The notes beneath the pieces are model-generated. The model saw nothing but the letters and a program-made list of their open reading frames with translations, had not been told where the DNA came from and searched no databases. A stretch of DNA of 64,000 nucleotides from Pseudovirgaria hyperparasitica (taxonomy: Eukaryota), in NCBI GenBank assembly GCA_010093815.1, contig ML996569.1, one strand, 5' to 3'. The first letter of the stretch is position 1, and every line of letters starts with the position of its first letter. Position numbers and translations under genes: made by a program. Positions 12,581 through 23,755 of the stretch are shown here, in pieces.

Positions 12581-13691
12581 GACTGGCAGGTTTGCTGTTG
12601 AGAAGGCTCATTCTAGAGAACTGATGAAGTGTACTTGAAGCAGTGAACAGAGTTGGGCAAACGCTGACTGTGCCGCACATTCACGCTCTATTTGCCGTCT
12701 CATTTCTAAGCCGTGACCGATGATGAAATGCTCAAGGACTACCCATTGAGGCAAACACTATTTTTGGGACAAAGGTTTCTCACGCCGCAAACACCATAAC
12801 GTTTGCAGGCCTGCCCGACTAGTGCACTTCTGCCATATGCGTGTTATATCAGCTGCCTTGCTCTACATGGTACTGCAAAATGGCGGGGCACTTGAAGGCG
12901 ATGATCAATCTAATTACCTGGATGGCCCCCGTAAAGAGTGAAGCATCATCCTTACTTTGTGCTTGGCCAGTGGCGCCTATTACACCTATTATGCGACATT
13001 TCCCGGGATATTGATGACATAAAGTCAAATACGAACACGACGGATCCCAGTACCTACTGAACGATCGCACCTATGCCAGAGCAGGAACACTACCCTTGCA
13101 AGTCAGTATCACAACCCAATCCGTAGTACCTGATCCCTGGTTGACCCTGTATTCTTCGCTTATTAGTGCCGAACAAGACAATCTAACAACACACTACTGG
13201 TGTGGGCAGCTGGTGATTGGCATGGGTTTACCATATTGCCTTATCGCATATGCTTTTCATCACCGATCACACATAGCACAGCAAGTGAGACATCCAACAA
13301 AAGCTCCATGGTCGATGGGAGGATCATAACTCTTTGAGGTGCGACCAGTTCGGGCCGACAAGGGGTTCAGGGATTTGGGCAATCCTAGAACAAAAACTGT
13401 TCATGCATGCAGCATACTTGCAGGACGCAAAAAAGACGATAATAATCAGGTGTTCAGGTGGTATAGTTTGTGCCGTGTGCGTACGAGCCACCGACCATAA
13501 TCACAGCTGGCCTTGTAGCATCTGTAAGGCTCAACGTCGTAGCAAGCTCTTTATGAGCCGAAAAATAACGGCCATGAATAGCTTGGGAATTGAGAAATTT
13601 TCATAGCTTGTAATAAGCATCTGTTTCATGTTGCGAGTACAATAGAGTATAACAGAACTTTACGAGATGTGAATGCAATAAATGGTACCCA

Positions 13692-15577
13692 TCAAGTCTT
13701 CCTTCGAATACGGAACGGCGTTGGATTTTTTGGACGAAGAATGCCAAGTCCATAAACCGACCAGTCCAGCTCTATGTGCTTTTCAGGAGTCACAATCTCG
13801 ATCTCGTAACGACTCAGTAGAGTCGCGGTTATCCATAGGTTCATGCGGTGAGCCAAGTGTCTTCCGGGGCACATCCTGATACCTCCTGCAATCGTTAGTC
13901 TCTTCTTATATTTTGGGTATTCTCTAGAGTTACAGTACCTCCAAATGGCAAGAAAGATCCTTTAAGACCGTTGATTGAGTAGATGGGCTCTGCTCGCTTG
14001 GTAGCAGATGTGATAAAGTCTGTAGACTGGTCTTTACAAGGTCCCGTGGCATCGTCGTCAGGCCATACAAGAAATCTTTCGGCCCAGAATTCGTCAAGTG
14101 GATGCTGACCACCTTTGGTGTTCCATACAGAAGAAGCAGAATCATGATGCGATACATATGTATTGAGTATCATCACACTTCTTTTTGGTAATATCCATTC
14201 ATACACATGTAGATCGCGATCAGGAGCACAACGCGTAATGAAAGTCGCAAGATAAGTTCGAAGGACTTCGGAGAATAGCGATCGGAGACGCGGACTCTTT
14301 TCGAGATTCTTTATGTCAAACGATGTGCCATTAGACCGATATTCGAGTTCTTGACGCAATTGCGACGTCAGGTTTGGGTCACTATAGGTATGTATGAAGC
14401 TCATCGTAGCTGTCGGTATCATAGTCGTGAAAGCCCTAAAGATGTTAGCTTCTTGAACTGGTTTCAATTGGAAGATCATACGCAAACATGAGGCCGAGAT
14501 CAGCAGAAGCCACTGAGTCATGATCCAGATTTTCCACCCCAAGAAGGATCTTCTGCCGTTCTCTGATCATCTCACAACCCCAGTATGGATCTCCGTTTCC
14601 ATCGGGGTCAATACATCGTTCTGAGAACATTCGCCGCGCCTGTCTGTGCCAGCGCTTCACGTTTTCCAATATCTTATCACGAGCTCTATATGCAGAGAAG
14701 ATTGGTATCGAAGGTAGTCCTTTGAGGAGCGTCAGAGTTCTCGCTGAGCTGTCGAAGTCGCTAAGATCGCGGATCATGTTCGGGTTCGCGGACAACAGTG
14801 TTGGACCAAATATGCTCTCCAATAAAGCCGGCCCAACAGTGTCCTGAATGAATTGAAACACGTCATGATACTCTAACCATTCTGTCGTTACACTTAGATG
14901 AGCAAGCTGTTTATCGAATAGCTTTGTGAATCTATCGAAAGCAGGATCCAGACCGGGTCCTGTAAGACCCTTGACCAAGTTCTCATGAGTGAGGTACTCG
15001 ATTCGGTTTTGAGGCTTGACGTTACTGTTGGCTTCCGCCTTCGCATATGGTCCTGAATTGTCGGCAATGTACATTTGTACCGATTGAGAAGACATGCCAA
15101 AGAGCTGTTTGAGCAGAGTGGTATGTATGAAGACTGCGTTCATAAAGGCAGGCTCTTTGAAGATGGCTGTAATATTCTTTGCGCCATGGAAAAAGAACAG
15201 TCGTGTGAAAGGTAACTTGACCATGTACGGAGACTGTTTGTTCCATCTCACTCTGCGCAAAGAGCGTTAATTGCTTGAGTTCTGCCATGTTTAAACAGCT
15301 GGGGACTCGAGACTTACGCAGCGGTTCGAGTGAACCCTACAGGGTTTAGAAACAATTGCAAAGCATTACCGAAGAACGCTATGCCGTGTGGAGCTACTGG
15401 AGGTATTTTCCCGTATCTATTGGTGCTTCTACCTTGCCAAAGTTTATAGACAATGCTCACAGACATTATCACTGTCAGTAGTAGTATTGGTGGTATAGTA
15501 CACCGTGTTGTCGCTTGTCTCACCAGCGAGTCTAGTGACTCATATTGCCGTGTAATTCGAACCATCTCCAGACACAT
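13692..15577 (-). CDS. Cytochrome P450, CYP7/CYP8-like type (4 exons)
   Basis: TM ILLLTVIMSVSIVYKLW; PPVAPHGIAFFGNA; EVLR; FWAERF; heme motif PFG|GGIRMCPGRHLA joined across an intron near 13.9 kb. Start Met uncertain (15577 or 15565). Confidence 0.88.
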
Positions 15578-16072
15578 ACGCTTTAGGTGTGGGAGGACGA
15601 GTACTCAAAGGTAGTCCAGGACTCCCAATTTGCTTTAGGCGTATCAAGAATTCAAACAAGACAGCTGTGAAGTATAGTCCCGGTCGAGAACCAGACTAAA
15701 GAATAATGGATACCGTAATTGAAACAAGAGGGCCTCGTATATTATATGTAGAACTGATGAGTATGAGTCATATCGAAGCCTTCTTTCTCTGATCAGTGCA
15801 TGATATGGACAGTTTAATTGTCATAAACCTAAGCTGTCCCTCCAGCGTACTGAAATATTGTCAATGAGACACACAGGAGAGCCCATGGATCAAGCGTAGA
15901 TCTATTGGGCTACGATTTACTAAGAAAGGCAAGTAATGATGCGGACCGCCGGTCATTGTTCTACAGTCAATGCGACCCGGCGACCAATTTGGTCCTCAGC
16001 TGCGCGCTCGGACATGTGTGAATGAGCCGTGACCCATAAGGCTGGGTGTCCGAAGCCGGATGGCCATCACCT

Positions 16073-16141
16073 GTTGGGTTTTGGGAGACAACGGTTGGGT
16101 TTTGGAGACAACAGTTGGTTTTGGGAGACAACATGTTGGTT
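16073..16141. repeat. Minisatellite, about 3.4 copies of a 20-21 bp unit GTTGG(G)TTTTGG(G)AGACAACR
   Basis: Units at 16073-16093, 16094-16113 and 16114-16133, plus a partial copy at 16135-16141. Confidence 0.85.
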
Positions 16142-16754
16142 AAGGATAAGACTGCAGAGTGCATTAGTGCCGCTGTAAGAAACACACTAACGATGCATTT
16201 ATCGGGGTTATCGTGCCTGGGTAGTTGCTCATCATGTATCAACAGTGGAACACTTCCAATCACAGAAGTACATCATCAGGAGGTGGCATAAAACAGTGCT
16301 TGCTGAACGATTTGCCTGTGGAGCTTGCACCTCATCCTAGTATCCACAGCGATCGCGTATTGATTCGGTCTCAGAACGGCACTTGTGAATGAATACGATT
16401 GGAAGCTTGAAGTGCCCTGCTGCCCTGCTGTACCAGACTTTCAGGTACGTATAGAGAAAGCAGACAGTGTATTATTGTTGCTAGACTTTTGTAGACTCGT
16501 TTGTATTTTGATACCAATGCATTCGTACTTCTACAAGATCTCTTGTCTTGTAGAAGCGGCCCTTTAAGCTACAATAAGCATGAGTTGTGTATTCATGCTC
16601 TCTATCACGCAGGAGCAATTTCCTTGGAGACTTCATATCGTGTAATATTATCATCTAAGTACTCTGCTCCATTCAATCGAGCAGCTTTCTCGGTGATTTT
16701 GATGCTCCCTGAGTTCATCATCCTTCAATTGGGAGCAGGTGAACTAAGGTCTAT

Positions 16755-18071
16755 TCAGACCCAGTTGGTTCTTTCGAGCTCAGGTATGTCTTCCAAAGAC
16801 TGGCATTGTTGTGAATGGTGGAACAAGGGGATATTCGTGCAACTATAACCTTGAGATAATTTCAGGCCTTGTTCTTCCGCCCACGACTGATCTTGGGTCT
16901 GCCCTGCAGCGTAGATAACTGTCGAGTTATGTCCTCTGGCAATATTGATAGAGCTGTTCAGTCGAGCGCGTGACAGTTTCGCAGGAAGCTCATAGTCCTT
17001 TGTGGTATTGGGAGTGAGACGCTCAGATTTCCATCGCCAGGTAGACCGGCTGCCGATTCTCGATACCCAGCTAGACGATCGATCTTGTGTCGTACGAGTG
17101 CGACCTGGCCATCTCAATGCTTTAGGATGTGAGACTGCAACAAAGAAGGTTCGGAATGCGGTCGCTGAGGTCATGAAAAGCCCAATCTGTGCGCATACCA
17201 AAAGCCAGTAGGTCTGCCAGATGATATCAATCATACCTTTTGCTTCCAGTCCACTACCACGTATGATGGTCGCAATTATTACAAATATGAGAAGACATAA
17301 CGATAAGCCTAGTCCCACTTTCTGGGTCCACTTGATTCGAACTTTCCATATCAATTTCACTGGGATAGCGAGTACTTGGGTGAGTTAGCAATGTCTGAGT
17401 TGATGTATTTGCGAGTTTACTTACTAAGGACATCACTGAAGATTTCAAATACGGTGCTACCTATTGATAATGCTGCAACAATCGACTGTCGGGACCCTCC
17501 ACCATTACACGATACTTTCTCAGGTCAAACAATCTTCAATCAGGGGGAACTTCATGTACTTACGCGCTCTGAAGTCTCCGAAGTAAGGGCAAGTATAGTA
17601 GTATTGCGCACCGCCAGCAATAAGAAGCGCAAAACAGAACGATGAAACGCACCACCAATAGATTTTACAAAATCTTAGACGATCGACAAGACGCCGGAAT
17701 AAACAAAGAAAACTGAATTTGACAAACATGACTGATGTCCAAGTCAAGCCCAGCATAATCGCATTCCATCTCTGGAAAGAGAATACGCGCTGGAGAGTGT
17801 TCGGTGGGAGTACAAGCCATGGCTCTCGAAGCAGTAGTGCTTGTGCAAAGTACATGTCGTCAATTAATTTAGCAAACAGTATGACTAGAGAAGCGATTAA
17901 TGTGCTGAGAGATACAAGAATGCAGACATCATCGGCAGCGAATCGCTCGGAGATCAATCGCTTGATGCAGAACCTGACAGCAATGATGATAATATTGAGA
18001 CCAAGAAGGACAGCGTGAGAAATGATGAACGCATGCTTAGGAACCCGTCCAACTGTATCGTAGAGGGACAT
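16755..18071 (-). CDS. PTH11-type (fungal rhodopsin-domain) integral membrane protein, no CFEM domain
   Basis: Hydrophobic helices with family motifs AVRF...FAADDVCI, WTSVMFVKFSFLCLFRRLV, PVKLIWKVRIKWTQKVGL, IIWQTYW. ORFs 17520..18107 and 16755..17360 are joined through introns. Confidence 0.85.
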
Positions 18072-18563
18072 GATGATTTGAAACTCGAATTTGGCTAATG
18101 ATATCACAACGCTTTTGCTCAGATGTGCGACAAGTTAACTTTATATCTGACAGGCTAATAGTGCTTCATTCCAACAATAATTTGTGAACCTCAATGGGTT
18201 TTGAGCCATCGTTACAAATGAGCATTGCTAAAGCGGGCTACTAAGGCTCTACCTATTCCATCACTGCCGCCCGCTGCTACACAAGGGTAACCTTGCAATC
18301 CAAAATGTTGGGTGATCAGCGATTGCAATGGAATCCCTTGCAGCATCATGGCGTAGTGAAAAACTAATATGTGTTTAGCGGCGTCGAGGTGTCGTTTTGT
18401 TCACATTCCCGATGCGACAGCCTTGAGTGTCTTCCAGCTTCCTGCTCAAACCCGTGCCCCTTCATAGGTTCCCTCACTTCAGTCTTTCTAATTTATCTAC
18501 TCCACCGAGCGACAAGAAGTCGTTATCAGATAGAATTCTAGGTGAAATCTTGTTGCAGGTAAG

Positions 18564-21500
18564 ATGACCGAGAAGCTCCAAGAAGACATCGAATTGTATG
18601 CGAGATATCGAGGGAGATTCCACCGCGACGAAGCTTGCCACGTCGGGTTTCGCGATTTGACTGTCAATGGCCGCAATTACAACTCAGACTACCAGCGGAC
18701 TTGTGGCAACTACCCATTTTCTATACTCCAGCAGCTTCTATACCGGAGACCTAGCATTATTCCGATCCTAAGACAGTTTGATGGGCTTATCGAACCAGGA
18801 GAGACTGTACTCGTACTTGGTCGACCGGGAAGCGGTTGCTCTACTTTTCTCAAAACACTGTCCGGTCAACATGACGGTCTCACCATCACGAGTGACAGCA
18901 AAATCAGATACAACGGTACCCATTCCATTTAATGATAAAGTACATTGCTACCGCACTAATGAAGTAAATAGGCCTTGAGAATCAGGAGCGTCACGGAGAA
19001 TTAGTATACCACGCCGAAACCGATCACCATTTCCCGGAACTGACAGTCCATGACACTCTCAAGTATGCTGCTTCCGCGAAGGTCCCCTTATACGATTCGG
19101 CCAATTCCTGTCGGAGCGAAAGATTGCAGTCTGTCACTGACTGTATTCTGAAGTTGTTCAGCCTTGAGAGTAGTGCTCGGACTAGAGTCGGAGATGACCT
19201 GATTCGTGGGGTCAGCGGCGGTGAAAGACAACGCATCAGCATATCAGAAGCATATGTATGCAATGGCAAGGTACACTGCTGGGATCAGAGTACTCGAGGC
19301 CTAGACAGTGCCACAGCTTTGAATATTGTGAAGCTTATCAAGGAGTCTTCCCGCTCATTCGGAACTGTAAGCCTGATGAGCTTATACCAAGCGTCTCAAG
19401 ACATGTACGAGGTATTTGTTACCAACCCAAGAACTGCATTGACTCATATACTTACTTACCAGACATTTGATAAAGTCTGCCTCCTCTACGAAGGAAGACA
19501 GATATACTTTGGGGCAGCCAGTGAGGCCAAGGAATATTTCACTAGCCTTGGATTTGTCTGTGAGGAACGAATGACTACTGCAGACTTTTTGACATCCTTA
19601 ACAAATCCTGAGGAGCACGTAGTCACGGAAGGTTTTCACAAAAAGGTTCCACGCTCGGCTGAAGATTTTGAAGTAATTTGGAAGGCAAGTACAAAAAGGA
19701 AAGAGCTAATTGCTCAGATTGAAAAGATGGTCTCTGTCGAAGTACGCGGTGAAATGGAATCTCAAGATCAAGATGCTCACCTGGTGCAAAAGAAAAGGTA
19801 ATATCCTTATATCGTATATTGAGCTTCAACTCATAACGTTTCAGGCCCAGCTCATACGTCCTGCCCTTCCACTACCAAGTTGCGCTCTGCAACGCGAGGG
19901 CACTTCAGAGGATGAAGAGCAACATGGCAGTGCCGGTTTCAGGCATACTCGCACAAGGCGTGCTTGGAATCCTTACAGGTAGTATGTTCTATAATCTGCA
20001 CTCGGACACGGCAAGTTTTTACAGTCGAGGGGCTCTTGTATTCTTTGCATCGCTACTCAACGCAACCGCGAGTGGATTTGAGGTATTAGAGCTATCTTTT
20101 ATACCACCGCTGCCTGTGATTGACGTGCTCACTCCATGTATAGGTTGGGACTATATGGGCACAGCGCCCTATTGTCGAGAAGCATCATCGCTATGCACTC
20201 TATCATCCTTGTACCGAGGCTATCGCGGCCATGATATGCGATATCCCAGCCAAAATTCTCTCATCCTTACTCCTCAACTTTGCTGTATATTTCATGAGCA
20301 ACCTCCGAAGAACCCCGGGCGCTTTCTTTACATACCTTGTCTTCGCATTTTCTCTCCATCTTACCATGTCGATGTTCTACCGTATGGTGGGCTATCTTTC
20401 ACGCACCTTAGCACATTCTATGGCTCCTGTGTCTGTTTGGATACTTAATTGGATAATATCCACAGGTTTCATTGTTCCTACGCGTGAGATGAGGCCCTGG
20501 GTGCGATGGATCGGATACATCAATCCGATTGCCTATGCGTTCGAAAGCATGATGTTGAATGAAGTAGGTTCGCTTCTTGTGGCCGTAGGAGGGCGCTAAT
20601 CTACGACACAGTTTGACGGCCAGAGGTTTCCATGTACCACTATCATTCCAAAAGGGCCGCCTTATGATAGTATGGAGGAACGAATGATGACGTGCTCTAC
20701 TGTCGGGTCAATTCCCGGAGAGACGTATGTTGAAGGCAATCGTTATGTCTCGGAGAGCTTTGGATTTGAGCGAAGCCACCTCTGGAGGAATTTGGGCATT
20801 CTTTGGGCCTTTTTGATAGTGTTCATGATTGTGTTGATTCTCGGAGCTGAATTTGCATCTGCAGAGAAGCCACGCGGAGACATACTGATATTTAGACGTC
20901 CAAGCAGTTCGAAGAGTCCAATCACCACGGGGCACAAGACCGTGGCGAAAGAGGCACCAGCAAGGCTGAGTGGTATGGCGAATATCCAGAGCCATAATTC
21001 TGTTCTCCACTGGAACGATTTATGCTACGACATCAAGTCTGGGTCTGCCATGAAACGTATCCTAGACCAAGTAGAGGGTTGGGTGAGACCGGGTCAGCTC
21101 ACTGTGCTCATGGGTGCGACAGGAGCTGGTAAGACAACTTTGCTAGACGTGCTGGCCAATCGCACTCGACTTGGAGTCATCTCAGGAAACATAGCCGTTG
21201 ATGGGAGGCCACGTCTACCGGCGTTTCAACGTCAGACTGGCTACGTACAGCAGACAGACATTCATATACCAGAACTGACTGTGAGAGAGTCTCTTATGTT
21301 TAGTGCATCACTTCGACAGCCTGCCGATATCATGGCAGAAGACAAAGCTGCCTATGTCGAGCAGGTGATGGAAACCCTCGAGATGAAGTCTTACGCAGAC
21401 GCCGTAGTTGGTATACCTGGGAATGGTATTGCTCTCTTCATCACGCTTTTATACATACTTACAAAAACCAGGTCTAAACATCGAACAACGCCGACGACTT

Positions 21501-23042
21501 TCAATTGCGACGGAACTGGCGGCGAAGCCAGCTTTGTTGTTATTTCTTGACGAGCCGACATCGGGACTCGACAGCGAGACAGCTTGGCTGATTTGTAGAT
21601 TGCTTCGCAAACTGGCAGATGGGGGTCAAGCTATTCTGTGTACTATCCACCAACCGTCGTCGCACATCTTCAACACATTCGACAGACTCCTGCTTCTTGA
21701 TCGCGGCGGACGGTCTATTTATTTCGGCGATATTGGCCACCACGGAGCTATCATGAAGAACTATTTCACTTCGCATGGTGCTCGTGACTTTACAGAGCAC
21801 GAAAATCCGGCGGAGTGGCTTCTGGAGATGGGTTCGTCCTCAAAATCCGACGACACAATTGATTGGGTCAGTGTCTGGAGGAATTCGCAACAGCGCCGGG
21901 ATGTACAAGAACAGATAACAAAGCTCTCGGAGAGGCAGTCGCCTGCGGTGTCTATATACGACTCGAGCGAATTTGCGGTGCGGTTTCCTACGCAATTATA
22001 TACCGTTCTCCTAAGGGCACTGCAACAGGACTGGCGCGTACCCTCCTATCTATACTCCAAGGTATTACTGAGCTTTGGAATGGTATGTGGTTTCCCTCCA
22101 CGTCCCAACTCAAGACGCTAACAATCTCGAGGCCTTTTCTATAGGAGTGTCATTTTGGGCAGCACCTTCCACCATCCAGGGCACACAAGGACAAGTGTTT
22201 GCCGTCTTCCTCCTCCTGACACTGTTCAGCAATATGATGCAGCTGTTGATATGGCGATTTGCATATAGCCGCGCAATCTTTGAAGCTCGTGAACGGCCAT
22301 CCAAAATTTTCTCATGGAAGACTTTTATGTGCTCAACCATGATTGCAGAGGTGCCATCTCAGACATTCATTGCGGTCGTTGTATATGTTTGTTTCTACTA
22401 CCCAGTAGGCATGTACCGCCACATGGGCTCAGCTGTGCGTGAGAGGAGCGGATTGATGTTTATGCTCATCTGGGCATATCTGATGTTCACGTCGTCTTTT
22501 GCTCACATGATGGCCATCATGATACCCGAGCCGGCGACGGCGATTAACATATCCCAGCTGCTCTACATGCTATGCCTCCTTTTCTGCGGGTAAGCACCTT
22601 GATATTCATCATTTTGGAGTTCGCTGACATTGCTGTCAGTGTTTTGGTACCTTCCAACAGCTTTCCGAGATTCTGGATCTTCATGTATCGGGTCACACCG
22701 ATCACGTACCTGGTCGAAGGTCTGTCAACGACCGGGCTTGGACGGAGAGCGATCGAATGTGCACGACAAGAAGTCCTCGTTCTCCAAGGTCCCACAAATG
22801 TCACTTGTGAGATCTATCTTGGACCTTATGTCTCCGCCAACGGGGGACGCATCTTAAATCCTGACAGCATGGGATCATGCAGATTTTGCCCCGTTGCAGA
22901 TACAGATAGCTTTCTTGGTGTGTTGACCATGTCGTATTCGCGAAGATGGCTTGACCTTGGCTTGATGTTTGTGTACATTGCTTTCAATGTATCGGCAGCA
23001 TTGGGCGTGTACTGGCTTATAAACAGGCGGCAGAGGCGTTAG
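18564..23042 (+). CDS. Full-length PDR-type ABCG transporter (NBD-TMD)2, multi-exon
   Basis: NBD1 GRPGSGCST, VSGGERQRISI, CWDQSTRGLDSATA; NBD2 GATGAGKTTLLD, LNIEQRRRLSIATELAAKP, FLDEPTSGLDS; PDR loops INPIAYAFESMMLNE and FPRFWIFMYRVTPITYLV. Confidence 0.93.
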
Positions 23043-23411
23043 CCGAAGACTGCGGCCCACCATGATGTCTACTCGATAATATGGGTAATTCCTAGTCATA
23101 TCCATGGTCAAGTTATATTAGGTAACAATATCAACACCCCACGTAATGTTATACATGCTCAAAACAGACGGCTAGTCTGTGCTGGCTCCGGACGAAGCTT
23201 TCGACGTAAGACTCATATGATCAAATGACTATGAAGGATGATACGAAAGAAATGAAGAAATACAGTGGCGGACCCTGGACCGAGGTGGAGAGCGGGATAG
23301 AGAGCTTTAAACAGAATCCAACCCCTGCAAGCTCGTCGGCTCGTCCCGCATGTCAGCCTTACGGGGATCTCTAGCCTGTTTCAGCATTTGGGGCGCCACT
23401 AGCGCGAAACA

Positions 23412-23439
23412 ACTTGCTCATTCGTGCTCAGTGGGCAAA
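23412..23439 (+). promoter_or_regulatory. Tandem TGCTCA (Mac1/CuRE-like) element upstream of the metalloreductase
   Basis: ACTTGCTCATTCGTGCTCA at 23412-23430, followed by TGGGCAAA (reverse TTTGCCCA) at 23432-23439; about 330 bp upstream of the ATG. Confidence 0.5.
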
Positions 23440-23755
23440 ACCTTCTCAGCCGACGCCGCAGATGGACCGTGATGGACCTCTCGACGTCTTCACATTATTA
23501 AAACCCTTTACATTCTGTACCTATACCACGTTTCCTCGCATATTCTCCGTCTGGTTATGTTCGTCGGGATCTAGGTAATAGCGATTCCACTAATGCACCT
23601 GGGCCCACGTTGTGCTCTCTTCGTCTTCGTCTTCTTTTCGTCCCTCTCTACTACCTTTGTCGTCACCTGAGATCGGCCACCACGCCAGAGCACTACGCGA
23701 CAGAATCACCACATCGCCCTTGACGACGCCGTCTAGGAGAGACGCGCATTTCAAG

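Noticed and set aside
16073..16141. Repeat array resembling CRISPR
   Set aside because: Eukaryotic context, head-to-tail units with no unique spacers, and no cas genes.
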